A stretch of DNA of 64,000 bases from Octopus sinensis (lineage: Eukaryota), in the NCBI RefSeq assembly GCF_006345805.1, contig NC_043015.1:8432001-8496000 (forward strand), given 5' to 3'. Below are positions 26,128 through 40,899 of the stretch, piece by piece (the stretch's first letter is position 1; every line of letters begins with the position of its first letter). Made by a program: the position numbers and the translations under genes. A model generated the notes under the pieces. That model was given only the letters and a program-made list of their open reading frames with translations. It was not told where the DNA came from and ran no database searches.

Positions 26128-27261
26128 TATATATATGTATGGATGGATGTGTATGTGAGTGTGTGTGTGTGTACGGGTGAGTGTGAGCAAGTATGTGCAT
26201 AACTGAATGTTAATAAACTTGACAGAGCACTTCTATACTTTAGTATTTTTTCACGTTTGGCCTTAGTATGTTTCATTAATTTTATGCTCAGATTCTATAA
26301 CTCATTTCTGTTATAGCACCTATTATTGGTAATTTTGTAATTGTTATTATACAAATTGCTTTGTTTGCAATTTATATTTCTAATCTAAAATACGTTATAC
26401 TTTTCAAGTATAAGTTTACAATATATCACACAAAAACAAAACCCAAATTTTCATCCTGATAGAGCGATTCCCTGTATCACAACATTTATCATTCTCGTAT
26501 GTTTTTTGAAAAGAGAGAATTGTTTGTTCAAGAAAAGTATGAGCTATCCAACATGATTGGGGAACTCATCAAAATTATTAAGATGACTCACTTTTGAATA
26601 TATGAAGCTTGTATATCGAGATAATTTAAAGAGCCTGATGTAAATGCGTGACGTGTTCTACTTAAAAAATATTTAATTTTGATTTTGGAATCAATAATGA
26701 ACTTTTGCAAATTCTAATCTGCATATATAAGAAGATAAAACTTAGTATAAAATATATGTTTAGATTAATTGGTATGGCGGATGATGTATGTATGTATGTG
26801 TGTAAGTGTGTGAGTGTGTGTGTCTGTCTGTCTGTGTTTGTGTATGTGTGTGTTTGTGTATGCGTGCGACATACAATTTGCTAAATATTGTATTATATCT
26901 CCATATGAATTTAAAAATATCATGACCTCTGTTGCTGCCTGGTACCTTATAATTGAAACATCTATAAATGTTATTAGAAAACTAAATCAATGTGTATACT
27001 TATATTGTTTGGAAATATATTTTAATCAAAAATATTAGAAATATTATCGTAAAATAATGACGTCATATCTTATTAATATGCATTCGATAGAATTATACAG
27101 ATTGAGAATCGTAGAAAGTTTACCGTATACACCCTGATGTTCAATTACTTTTTAAATCTCATCATTGTCTTCCATTCCATCTTCATTCTATTTTTTAACC
27201 CTGTCAATGCTTCTATTTCGGCTGCTTCTTCTGCTGGTGCTAATATTAATTCTAATACTAT

Positions 27262-27368
<107 letters not shown>

Positions 27369-28390
27369 TTATATATATATATATGTATGTATGTGTGTGT
27401 GTCTGTGTACTGAGACGCACACATTAAATTATACACACGCCCACAAACACACGCACACACCCAAAAGCACATATACACACACGCACACACACATATCATA
27501 TTAATCATATTATTCTATTTGGCCGTCCATTTATCTTCATTCGCCAACATCGATTCATGTTATTTACATATATATAAATATCATATATTACTAACCACAT
27601 ACTCAAACGCATGTAAAAGTAAGGTTACACACAAAAAGAAGTAGAACATTCTTTCTATATATCTCTCTCATTGTCTTTTCTATCATTCACTCTTATTTAC
27701 TTCACTCGGAAGCGAATCCAATCAGACGAGAAGATTCCATTAGAATATTTGAATACTATATGTATTTAGAATATACATTGTTTTCATGATTGAGACAGAT
27801 TAGGTCAGAGGTTTCAAATGAAACCTCAAACAAGCCACAAAACATTCATCAATCAAACATCTCTGAAGAGTTTTCGTATCTGCCCTGTCCATGTTGGTTT
27901 GTTGGTGCGTTGGGGGCGATCGAAAAGTTTTCTAGTTAATTCCCAGTAGAATACAAAGATTGATTTCAAAGGAAAAATTTGAATAATTTAAAGACGAAAA
28001 AATTGGCAATCAATTTAAGATTGATTTGCATTTAATTTGAATTATTTAAAGAAATATTTTCGTGGAGTAATATGATAGGCATTTGTGATTATAATTGTGA
28101 CCCCCATATCTATTTTATTGCTAGATGTTTCTTCTAAACAAATGATAGGAAATGAAGGGTGTTAAAAAAACAGGAATTAAAGAAATCGCAGATAAAACGA
28201 AAAATGCGGGTATAAATGAGAAAGCGCTGATACATGATATAGTTGTTTCAAAGCACTATGAATATTCCTCATACATACATATTTATACACGCGCACACAT
28301 GCGCATGTATGTATATAGACACGTATGTACATGCTTATACATACATTTATCCATATATAGGCATTCATATATTTATTTTATTTATTTGAG

Positions 28391-28423
<33 letters not shown>

Positions 28424-29465
28424 ATATGTATGTATATATACATATTTGAGTGTATGCGTGCACATATATAATTATATCCACGTATGCTTTGGGAAAAGGC
28501 TTGAGAACACGTTTCCTATTTTAAATTGTTAGAATGTATTTGAGAAACAGATTTCTGATTCAAAATACAACTGAATATTTTGAATCTCTCAAAATAGGTA
28601 GAAATAATGCATGTTTTCAAATATTGGGAATGAAATACTCTTTAGTTATTAAGCAAGAAGTTTCGACCCATCACAAGAAGAATATTTCTATAATTAATAT
28701 TGTTATAACAACTATAATGAACAGTGTCATCTACAGCGAATAATTTTATGCCATACTTTTATGCAAAGAATACTGTAACAAAAGTTGTTTGATATATTTC
28801 AGAGAACATCGACATAAAATTATTTAGTATACACGTGAGATACTCTGGGAATGCTAACGAAAGTTGTTATGTCCATACATACTTCTATGGTGGAAACATT
28901 CTTTAGGCAGCCCAGTTGACCTACGTTTGCTCCTGGTGCAAGCTATATCGGTGGTAATCACGTGACAATCTGTGTCACGTGTATAATCAGTTTGATAATG
29001 TAAACTGTTTTAGAGAGGAAGCAACGGCCATTGTATTCATCATAACCCCATTATAAATTATATCAATAAAAATAGATGCTTTCATAAATTAAAAGAAACA
29101 ACAGTTAGTTTTGGTAAACCACCTGTCTCGGAATATTTCGTTAAACATGTGAAGATTTAGACTACTTTCTCCCAGGCAGATCATATCAACAATGATAATT
29201 TTTCATGTGAATGATTAGGGACAATTTAGACTGCCGGCTATTAGAATTTTATATAAGTGACTTAATATTTCTGAAAGAAATAGCCTATTATCTTTGTGCA
29301 GTTAATTTATATTTTAGAAGCAGCATAAGCTAATTTCGGTAGCAGATTAATATTTCAGGATATTTCAAGAAAAATTAAGGAGGAAGTAATACTAGTATAC
29401 CATCAGTGAAAGTGAAATCATCCACACAATGACAAGACTTGCTAGAAATATTAAGCAAATACTAA

Positions 29466-29550
29466 ATACTGGCATGTGGTTTAGAGCGTGGGCTACTAAC
29501 CCCAAGATACCGAGTTCGATTCCAAGCAGTGACCTGAATAATGATAATAA
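29466..29550 (+). mobile_element. Short tRNA-derived SINE with (AAT)n-like tail
   Basis: tggtttagagcg (A-box-like), gagttcgattcc (B-box), aataatgataataat tail. Confidence 0.55.
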
Positions 29551-30044
29551 TTTTAAGGTTTTAAACGGCCTACAACTGACATCATAGCGACTCAATAAGC
29601 CCACTCCAATAATAAAGGTAATAAGAAAAAAATGAAGGGTAATTGTTACATGTTTAAAAGCATTCGAGTATGCATTTTTCTCACGAAACTTTCAATTAAA
29701 ACTTGGTATTAGGATAGTGGACTGCAGGACAGAATATTTATAGTACTTCTAGTTCTAAGAATTTTTCGAGATCGAGGATATCAATGCATTATACAATTCA
29801 TTTTTGCACTTAATGGATATAATGACATATGGAATGTACATATGCCATTAATGCAAAATGAAGATTCAGTACAAGATAAAGCAGTAAATGGTGAGTGGAA
29901 CCTGAAGCGTGAGGCAACAATAAAAAAATATTAAATCTATAACACCTTATCGGTATACAACCTAATGTTGGACTCAATGATGAAGTAATTATATTCACGC
30001 TGAACTCACACATATATAAAAGAATTATGTATATATATTTTCCT

Positions 30045-30077
<33 letters not shown>

Positions 30078-32439
30078 TATATATATGCCGCTTAAGTATT
30101 GCGAGACCATCAACGAGATAACAGAACTTAATACATGTAGGTTACACAACGAAATATTGGCTGAGTATAGAGCGAGTAATAAGAGAAGTGACAAATAATA
30201 AATGATTATTTCACATAATCATTTATTCCTCTGTCATCTCTCATTCTTATACAAACTTACACACACACACACACACACACTCATTCACACATATGTATCT
30301 ATGTCTCCATGTACGTACCTCTGTATATATCAACGTATATGTTTCAAATAATTCTACGTTAAGGATTTGAACAAAACTTTTTTGACGTAAAGCTAATGCA
30401 GTTTTATTTATTCCATTCATCTGAAAATATAGCATTTTGACGTACGGCACTCTCATCAGATCATTTCAACAACGTGATACTATATAATGCTCATCACTAT
30501 CTCTTTCAAACTCTGAAATATCACCGCTTCATTTCAGAATCAATAAATAAGCCAGTTCAGGAAAGTACTTCAGGCAATTTTATGGAAGTGTAGTGCAAGC
30601 CTATGGAAATTTATTGCAGAATCCTTAACTTCGGTTGAAATTATTTTTGATTTTTTCCTCCCTCTTAATATCATAATAATGATGGCAATATCAGAAGGAG
30701 GTTATTGATTTCTTCTAGCTCATATTATTTTAGCCAAATGATTACATCGTTTAGGGGAAATATTAACCTCGTGAACCTTTAAATATTTGTTGTCTTAATC
30801 AAAGTTTATCAAATTTGAATTCAGAAACGCCAGGTTGCATTTAGTTTGTTGCACGGCTGGCGTTAACAAGCCGGGCGGTAGGCGGAATCGACATAAAAGG
30901 CACATATTTCAGTATTTTAGGGAATCAATCAACACCTAAAAATTAGTTTTGATCACATAACGCCCGAAAATATAAGGTTGTGTATTACATTATCAAACAG
31001 ACGCAATCGACCGAAAGGATAATTTCCTATATTTTTCCATAATGTCAAAAGGATCAAATAAAATGAGGTGAAATTTACGAATACCAAACAGTAAGGGCAT
31101 CAAATTGCTTAAATTTGTTTCACTGCCTTAATTAAAATTTTTTTTGAAATTTATTATTTTTTTCAACTGTTACTGGATATCTTCACCCGAAAAACATGAT
31201 CAAATATTTTCAATCTTCTCCAAAGTTAATATTTGATAGAATTTGCATGTGTTTGTTGCGCGATTGCTTTTGAATTTTGTTTTCGTTTCAAAGTTAATTG
31301 CACTTGTTGTCTTGAATAAATTTTTAATTTCTTTACACTCTTCTTTTAGTGCAAGTTGTGGGAAATAATACAGGCTAAAATATTTTATGATTTGCTGAAT
31401 ATGGGTTTCCCATTAAATAATGAAGGGCATAAATGTGGCTGTGTTTTTTTAATGATGTGGAATTGTAAACGTCTTGTTTGCAATGTCTAAGGCACCTTAA
31501 ATGTAAATTAGATGAAGGGAATGGCAATTGTCTTCCTTTGGTGCTGACACGTTGCGTTCGTGGTTAAGGTATCTGTCTTTTCAATTTACTAGTAAACCTA
31601 GGTGCAATCATGCTCAAAAATATAGGAATAAATTACTAGTGCTAAGCTGAAGTGTAAGCTATAATGCCACAACTTATTAGATTTTGAAAAACATAATTAT
31701 GTGAAAATTCGCCACAGTCCAATATGAATAAAAAATATATGAATGAATACACACATACACTCTCTCTCTCACACATACACACAAGTACGCTGCCTCCCCA
31801 TATGTATATCATAACCGTCATTTCAGGTAAGCATGATCGGATATCGTATTTTAAATGAATATTCTAGTTACCCTTCGACTTAGGAAATATGTGACACGAC
31901 GAACTGCTAATTAAGGCGTGTATGTGTGCGAGAGAGATATCATACAGAGGGAGAGAGAGAGCGAGAGAGAGAGAGTGCGTGTGTGTTTATGCAACAGAAG
32001 GGGAAAGAACAGCTTCTGAGTTTGTTGTTGAGAAATCATTATCTAAGGGTGAATTGAGCCTACATTAATTCCATACAATTCTTTTATAAAAAATTCCGTT
32101 AATCGAGGATAGTAATATACTACTGAACATACTAAGTACCATAATCAAGCCCACGTATGTTCTTCCCGCGTGCAAAAGGATGAATTTGTGGATTTAATCT
32201 TGTTAGTGAAAGCGCCAGGATAATTTAATATCAATGTCCTATTTGTAGCATTTTTCTATGGCTTAAACGTCACTCTCTGGGGATAACTTTGAAATCCAGC
32301 AACCGTTTTATATACACATGCCTAGCTAACTTGGAATACTACTTAAATGAGAGAGAGAGAAAGAGGTTGTTACTCAAATGATAGAATCAATTCTAAGCTT
32401 ATTTTTAATATACGCTTCTATATTTAAAAGATGAGGTAT

Positions 32440-32594
32440 TATGTACATTTTTTATATTCGACGGATATATTTCCTCATCTTGTTTGCTGTTAACACAACG
32501 TTTCGGCTGATATACCCTCTATCCTTCTTCAGAAGGAGATTTCTACTTGTGGACATTTCGAGTCTGGGTTCTCATTCTTAAGGTATTTTCGATG

Positions 32595-32659
<65 letters not shown>

Positions 32660-33620
32660 GTTATTATCATCATCATCATCATCATCATCATTATTATTGT
32701 TCAGGTCAGCGCTTAGAATAGAACAGGGAATCTTGGGGCCATATGCCCGTGAACAATCATGGAGTGAATTTTAGTGCATATAAATCTAATATTTTTCAAT
32801 CCTTCCGTCACACTGGTTCCCATATGCTGTTCATATCTACACTCGATCTGCTTAGGAGGTGTTCTCTGTCTATTATTTCAACTTCATTCCACAGAGTTGG
32901 GTAGTCTCAATCTTTTCCATATATGATCAGCTATACCATATTTATCAATATCTCCTCGTGTCGCAGCTTTGCAATTTTCCTCTACCCTTATTTTGAGTGG
33001 GTGGCATGTTTCGCCTTTGTATAACATGCTGCATGTGATGGAGTAAACGCGGTCTTTGGTCATATCCTCATCTATTGGTTGTTTTACTCAAATGAAATTG
33101 TGAATTGTTGTATTACGCTTTAATACGGTCCTGATGTTATATGTGCTGCATATCTTTTGTATCTTTTCAGGGAGGCCTTTCACATAGGATATACAGACTG
33201 TGGCCAAATCCTCTTTCTTCTCCTTCATAATTGCAGTGGATAGTATACTTTGGGAGTAGTTGTTGCTTAACATATCGATATTAATCTTGATAATTTCTTC
33301 GTGGTGTGTATCACGATCGCTACATATATTGTTTGCACGATGTTTTAGGCTCTGAGCAATCCCTCACTTTACACTGTATGGATGGTGGAAATTGAAATTG
33401 AGATATCTTCCAATAAAGGTCCGTTTGAGGTATACAGATGTTTTGAATCCATACTTGGCGCGTGTTGTTAATACGTCCAGTAATGCCACCTGATATTCTT
33501 TTCCCTTTTCCATTGTGAACTGTACTGATGGCCTTATTGAGTTCACATGATATAACAGTACTTGGATATCTTCTTGGTGGGGTCAGAGTATAAAGGTGCC
33601 ATCAACATATCGTGAGAGGA
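32440..33620 (-). mobile_element. Penelope-like element 3' half (RT thumb, GIY-YIG, 3' end)
   Basis: RYVDGTF...NSIRPSVQFTMEK...LLDVL...TSVY.K.T..GRYLNFN.HHP; YVKGLPEKI; VYSITC..YKGET; (TTA/TCA)n insertion at 32.6-32.7 kb. Confidence 0.88.
32495..32532 (-). ncRNA. Decayed minimal hammerhead-like motif at PLE 3' end
   Basis: CUGAAGA-aggauagaggguauaucagcc-GAAAC-GUU; stem II partly mispaired, stem I partner not retained. Confidence 0.5.
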
Positions 33621-33679
33621 TCCATCACAACCGTTGGTAAAAATAGCAACTAAATAATAAAATCAAAAAGAAGTTATCT

Positions 33680-34870
33680 TCATTACTTAGGAAAATATAC
33701 AGAGATGATGATAGAAAGAGAAGGGAACAAGATTTGGAAAAGTCGTACATGAAAGAATTTGAAATGGTGAGGACACGCCAGATTAAGAAGTTTATGAAAC
33801 TCAAAGGTCAGAGAATGAAGACTGAAATCCGTCTCACACATTTGAAAGCAATAATAAATTTTTAGTAGCCGACATCTAGAAAGCTCTGAATAAGCAATAC
33901 TGAACAAAGGTCTCACAGTTCTTGATCAAGAACAAGGATCACTTTTCACCTATGAAGTACAGACAACTGACACAACACCACAGTAAACTACCACACCTGT
34001 ACGGTTCCCCTAAGATTCACAAGAATGTTATTCCATTAAGACCTATAGTGAGCTGTACAGGTTTAGCATGTCATCCAGTGAGGCGCTCACTTGTGGACAT
34101 AGTCAGTCCACTAGCAGGAAAGTCAACATCGTACGTGAAGAATTCCTCCCACTTCACAGAAATGATCAAGGATACCCCATTGAATCCAAGCAGATGATGA
34201 GTCTAGATGTGATAAGCCCGTTCACCACTGGTGAAGCACTATCGGTGATACAAGAAAAACTAGTGACAGACACCCACCCAATAGAAAGCACTAGTATACC
34301 AATAAGGAACTTGATGGAAATGTTGACCGTCTGTATAAAAAAACTACCAAATTCAGTATAGACACTGATATATATCGACAAGAGTAGGGTTTAGCTCTGG
34401 GATCAGCATTATCACCGGTAATAGCTAATATATACAAGGAATACTTTGGGAGTGTGGCATTAGGATCAACACTACTAAAACCAACGCTATGGCTACGGTA
34501 TGTTGATGGCAGAAACGTTAGCACGCCGGGCGATATGCGTAGCCGTATTTCGTATGCCGTTACGTTCTGAGTTCAAATTCTGCCGAGGTCGACTTTGCCT
34601 TTCATCCTTTCGGGGTCGATTAAATAAGTACTAGTTACACATTGGAGTCGATATAATCGACTTAATTCGTTTGTCTGTCCTTCTTTGTCCTCTCTGTGCT
34701 TAGCCCTTTGTGGGTACTGAAGAAATAGATATGTTGATGACACATTTATGCTCTCGCCCCACCAGTAAGATGTCCAAGTGCTGTTAGATAATGTAAACTC
34801 AATAAAGCCATCCATACAGTTCAAAATAGAAAAAAAAACCCACAATAAGCTAACATTCTTGGACGTATCA
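33680..34870 (+). mobile_element. Penelope-like element 5' half (N-terminus and RT core), inverted relative to the 3' half
   Basis: INF.SSRHL...LNKGL; LYGSPKIHK..IPLRPIVS; LDVISPFT; GLALGSALSPVIANIY; WLRYVDDTF; TFLDV. Confidence 0.88.
34509..34729 (+). mobile_element. SINE family C inserted in PLE RT, 10-bp TSD
   Basis: tatgttgatg at 34499-34508 and 34730-34739. Confidence 0.92.
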
Positions 34871-35891
34871 GCTGGTATTCCTGGGACGAGTCCAGTAATA
34901 TCAGAAACTGAGGTAAGTTAAGTGCAACAGCCTCGATGCTCAAATGGTGCTTTCTTTATCGATGAAGAAGGGTGGAACCCGATGTCGACGTCGCAGGTAT
35001 TTGAACTATGAACAGAAAGACGGACACAAATTCCATTACGTTAACCGACTGACCTTATGGTACCTTTATAGATTATTAAGAGATAAATCACAGAAATATA
35101 GTTTAATAAAAACTTGCTAAAAGTTTTCACGATCATTAAAAGAGACCTAGAATGAAATCCTCTGCAGCTTTATAAATAGCAATATCATTTGACTAAATAC
35201 ATTTTACGAATGTAAAATCATTTTGATATAGTCATTTAAAAATATTCGACACTCAAAATATTCATAAATCATGATACATTCTCTTAAATATCTGTATATT
35301 CACATTCACATATATTTGTGTGCATTTGTATTTATACTTAGGTATGTATGCATTAATTCTCTATATAAAGATCGTTAACCATGAGAAAAATATTCACTGA
35401 TGTCAGGCGATTTCAGATCTGGTTCTTATATCTTACATAGTGCTGTCCATTATGTTACAGTATCTTCCAGATTATGAATGAATAAATAATGGGTCCTTAT
35501 TTTTGAAGAAGAACAATTCATAAAAAATTATGCATAAAACATTCTGTTATAAATTCTATTAATTATGCATGTATCCGGCATACGCATGGTTCATGCAAAT
35601 ATGACATTATACTTCAACTGTATTTACTAGAAATAGATATCTGTAAGTCACATTTCCATGAAGGAGTAGTGGCATCCGCTGCATGACTATTTCTTTCTCT
35701 CTCTCTCCCTCTCTTTATATCCCTCTCAGGAAAAAGAGATGGAAGATATATTTAGATCATTGCATTCATTCTGAAGAAGTAAAAGCATTTCGGTGTTTAT
35801 CTATGTTTCTCTGTCTGTCTCTTAGTCTGTCCATCTGTCTCTCTCTCTGTCCTACACACTCACTCGTCCACACTCTCTTTCACACACTCTT

Positions 35892-35941
<50 letters not shown>

Positions 35942-35984
35942 GCATATATGTGTGCGTGTGCGTGTGCGTCAAATAGAGAGTAAA

Positions 35985-36260
35985 CAAGGTGCGTGGTTTA
36001 GTGTAAGCGTTATTTGACGCATGAACATACGGTCGTGAGTTCAATTTGCGGCGCATTTTGTACTTGAGGAAGACATTTTATTTCGCATTGGTCCAGTTCA
36101 TTCAGCTGGTGGAAAAGGGTGGGTAGTATTTCAATCGTCCAACCTTCCTATATCTTCTATCATGCTAAATCTCCCTGAGAACTACATTATATGCACGCAG
36201 GTTTGTGGACTACTCACACGCGCGTCAATTTCACGAGCAGCCTGTTACATTCTATTCGAC
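35985..36260 (+). mobile_element. Old tRNA-derived SINE with 3' part related to family B
   Basis: gtggtttagtg...gagttcaattt head; ctgagaactac...aatttcacgagcag resembles family B. Confidence 0.5.
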
Positions 36261-38514
36261 AGATTGCAAGTTATAGACAAACACATACACACACATAGAG
36301 ACAATTATATATATATATATATATGCATAAGGAATATTTAAGCTTCAGTTGAATTAGGTTTTTTAATTAAGGCACCATGTTAGTCCGGTATTATCTGCAC
36401 AGCTCAAAGCTGTATAAAAAGCCAATAAGTAACAAGGTTGTCAAGGTATTAGTGCATTACGGCCGTTTTAGGCTTCTCCATTTAATCACACAGTGCAAGC
36501 ATTACATTCAGATTAATGTAATGTTTGTATCGTTCGATTTAGTGGAGACCCCTGAGACGGCCGTAATGCACTATTATTTTGACATCATTGTTGCATATTT
36601 GTTTCTTATTTGCTTGACATCGTTGCTTTTTCCTGATTTTATGTCAAAATTTGAAACATATATTAACGTACAGTTTAGCAGTGCAGTAACCGTATAAATG
36701 AAAACTTATATTTCTAGTGAAATGCATAAATTTATCAAAGATGTACTGCGTTCCCACTAAAAAGGTCAGGTAATAGTAGAAAGGATGATATCTACGAAAG
36801 GACATCTAAATATAACTTATGTGCACAGAAATATTCTTGTAATATTTAATGTAAAAAATATTAACCTTAGTTTCTCTATATCTGTGACTCTAAGATATAT
36901 TTTTCTACAGTCTATATATCTCGAAATTGTATGTATGTGTATAAATTCAGTAACTTTCTCACTAGCTTGAAATTAGTTTTTGAACCTCATATTTTTTTAG
37001 ATCAACCTTCCTTCCATCCAATCTTGAACTAATAAAGTGAACTGCACTTTTTTTGCAGGTTTTATAGAATATTAATTATTACTGAGAAAGACGCCCTGCA
37101 ATGTCAAGTTTGATTTTAAAGTTTAAAGACTGTCATAACATAACGATTAGTATTGACAGTTGTAGTGGAAAATTGTCAACTTTGAATGGTTGAATAACGA
37201 GTATCCCATGATCTTCACATAAATCAGTCTGGCATGGAATGATTGAATCTACATCTCTGTATTTACTTTTAGTGAGCTTTTTTACGCTCTTCGGGTTTTA
37301 CCTTATAGATCCTATAAAAAACCTAAATTATGTAATATCCACACAACATATATATACCATACACAGAAAAGTGTATTTTGAAACCGTTTCTAGGATATTC
37401 TGTCTTATATCATCTTCCTTTATCTCATGCTGAATATTGCTTCCCTTTTAACGCAATCATGATGCTTCAGTTTATTCACAATTCTACATTCATTTGATAT
37501 TAATTTTTATAATCATAAATCGAATTTCGCATTCATCTTATGAGTTCAACTGTAGTGTATAATGGTGTGAGTAGCTGTTTTCAATACAGGAGGATTATGG
37601 TTGAAAATATTTAGATTATAAATGAAGCTAATGATTTGTGTTAACAAGAGTGGAAATCATTTTTCATAACATTGAAAAAAATTTCGAATACAAAACTGAG
37701 AGAATGCTGTTATACAAATTGATTTTTAATCTTAGAAATATTCTTAATTCTTAATGAAAATATTTCGAAAATTTTAAGCAGATTTTTGCCAAAAGAATAA
37801 ATGGATTTATTGTGTTAATTTCATCATGATTATTCATGATTTATTTTTTAAATTCAAAGTCCTATGAGCAGAATACTTAAAAATAAATATAATTTCAACG
37901 TAGCAGCAAAAAAATTATCGAAAAAACGTTTTACTTTTTTAACTTAAATAGCTAGAATCACTGGTTTTCAATATGTGCTTTAGTTACCGAGATTAATATA
38001 TTCATTATGCTCATTATATTTTATTTCAATTTAAAATTGGTTGATATTTTTTCCCGGACGACTAATACAAATTAACATAGAAAATCTCAGCTTTTACATA
38101 GGAGAATAATCTCTGTTTTCAACACGAAATAATTTTATTTAATTCGTTATTGTATCTACGAATTATATTAATGTTCACAGCTAAAAGTTTTTTGTTAATA
38201 ATATTATTTCGTCTATAAGAAAGATAATTTTAATGTTACTCACTTCTGTCAAATTCATTGCATTTGTTAAAGACATATTTTTCTAATTAATTATGTATTT
38301 ATACATTCAATCACTCGCGTGTAAAATTATATATTTGTTGTATGTAATGAATTTATAAATTTTAACGCCTCACATTATTTTGTGTTTAACGTATTTTATT
38401 GTAAATCACCAGTAGTGTAATCGGAATTTTTATAAGATAGAGAAAAAACTTATCATCTGCTTATCAAAGCAGTATTAATAATGTACCAAATATATTATTC
38501 GTATTCTGTTCACA

Positions 38515-38660
38515 GTCGCAGCTGAGTGGTAAGAAATTTACTTCACAACTACTTTGCTATTTTGATCTGGTCCCAGTACCACTGCGTAGTAAGTGTATCT
38601 TCTTAATGCCCTGAGTTGGCAAGTATTTTGTGAGTTGATTGACATCACGGGAACAAAGAG
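38515..38660 (+). mobile_element. Old copy of SINE family A (5' part)
   Basis: gctgagtggtaag...ccactgcgt...aagtgt.tctt...ttgtgagt diverged match. Confidence 0.5.
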
Positions 38661-38662
38661 AG

Positions 38663-38803
<141 letters not shown>

Positions 38804-38812
38804 GAGAAAGAA

Positions 38813-39100
38813 TGGTCGAGGAGTTAGGGCAGCGGACTCGCGGTCGTAGGATCGCGGTTTCGATTCCCAGACCGGACGTTGTGAGTGCTTATTGAGTGGA
38901 AACACCTAAAGCTCCACGAGGCTCCAACAGACGGGGGGGGGGGGTAATCCTTGCTGTACTCTTTCGCCACAAATATCTCTCACTCTTTCTTATGTTGGCC
39001 TGCTCGCTTAGCCAGCGGGGTGGCGTCATTTGAAGGCTAAACCAATGCGAAGTGCATTGTGATCAGCGATGTGTAGCAACATCTGATGGCCTGGTCGGTA
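38813..39100 (+). mobile_element. SINE with family B head and a different 3' tail
   Basis: Matches 41978-42150 up to ctcactctt, then unrelated ttggcctgctcgcttagccagcgggg...ctggtcggt. Confidence 0.8.
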
Positions 39101-40899
39101 TATTTAGAGCAATGTGAGTTCCTTGATTAGGCTCAGGGATCATGATATACTCGGCTGGGTACAGTTAATCGTATACATAACCTGAATATCTTTCTGTTCG
39201 TACTGCGGTGCCCGTATATGTATACCCCCTTTTTTGTTGTGAACGCATTTTATTTTTCGATCCGGTGTCTTACCATATAATTGCTTGTTTCACTCGAAGC
39301 GAATATGTATGGTTCTCTGCGCGTGAGTATTCGGAAATTTCACATTAGTAACTGATCATACTTGCACGTTAATATCATTTCCCTAACTTTCGTAAATCTT
39401 GTTTTAGTAAATGCTTCAATAAATCAACTGTATACATTGATTTTAAGCATATCATTTTATTGAACTTGCGAAAATGGTGATCGCGATTCAATGAAAACTG
39501 CACTTTGAAAAATACTTGTTGTGTTTTCAGTTGTTGAGGTATATCTCTAGTACCAAACGGAATTGTACGTGCATATCGTTCAGAGGAATCGACATGCTGT
39601 TCTGTTCTCGCAACAACGGCACATTTCGCTTTGTAGTAAGAAGCTAACTTTGGTGCATCATATATTTGCCTGTTTTCGCTGGGATTTCGATGGAAAATTC
39701 CGAGATGTAAGAGATTGTTTTTTGCGTTTTCAAAGCATATTTTGTTAATTAAAACAAAGTTGATGCTTGTATCAATTTCAGTTTTGCATTCTTTTTATAC
39801 GATTTCCAATTTTATTTTAGCAATGCATCATTTGTTGAGTACGTATAGATGCAATCTTCAATCAAAGGTAAACCAGCCGTGCTTTACAATTCATAATTTA
39901 GAAGCGAAAACTATACCGTGTATGTTCCATGTGAATCACATTGTGTTCGCACATGTCAATGCAGCATTACATTATATTAATAATAAACTACATTAATAAT
40001 GGCATTGATATCACAAAAGAGAAATTCATAAATCCCGATTTCAATATGTCGTAGACGATGTAATTACATAATAAGTATAAGGTAATTTTCCGAAAAGGCA
40101 TTTAAGCCACTATAGTGGAAGCAAACTTAATATAACATTGATGGAAATCTTGTGATTCCTTATCCGCCTTTATCATATGTGAACATATTACTTAAGAAAG
40201 TAGACAATACCGTTGTATGCTTCATTCAGGCAGAGATCAATTTATTACGATCTCTTATGTCTGTGAGCAATTAAACTTTCTAAGAAGATATATTATCTAT
40301 GCTCAGGAAATATATTTCCAATTAACTATTATTTACAATTTGAAATTAATTTCAAATCGATGTTTGAAACGAGGTGTCCATTAATTTCGAATAAAGTTTG
40401 TCATAAATGGATACTACAAATATATGAGCTCATGTTGGTAGTGTAGGGCATGCATATTCCGTGATATATTATTGAATATTAAACTAATACATAGATTTTT
40501 CTATCATTCTCGTAAACAATATTGCCGTAGTTTGGCATGAAAGAGTACAAAATTAATTTGAAAGTGTTTTAGAGCATATTCTTCGTAAGTTAAAGAAATA
40601 AATATCATGATTCATACAAGCTATATAATTCCTGTTGGAAATTGCATATATACTTTTTTCTCTCTGTATCTCTTCCATTATATATAACATCATTGTACAC
40701 ACAAGCATTGGTGTATACACACCTACACCCACATGCACACCTCCTCACACACACATGGGAACACCCTTTTAGTCGAACATCAAAAAGAAAAAAAAATTAA
40801 AAAGGGATTAGCAATACAGATGAAAAAATTTTGAAAGCTATCTGTAGATAAATATATGAAGCTAACAAAAATGTTTGGAGATTAATGCTGGAATCCAGG

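Noticed and set aside
28950-28975. cacgtgac/gtcacgtg short inverted repeat with two E-boxes
   Set aside because: 8-bp arms can occur by chance; no other support for regulatory function.
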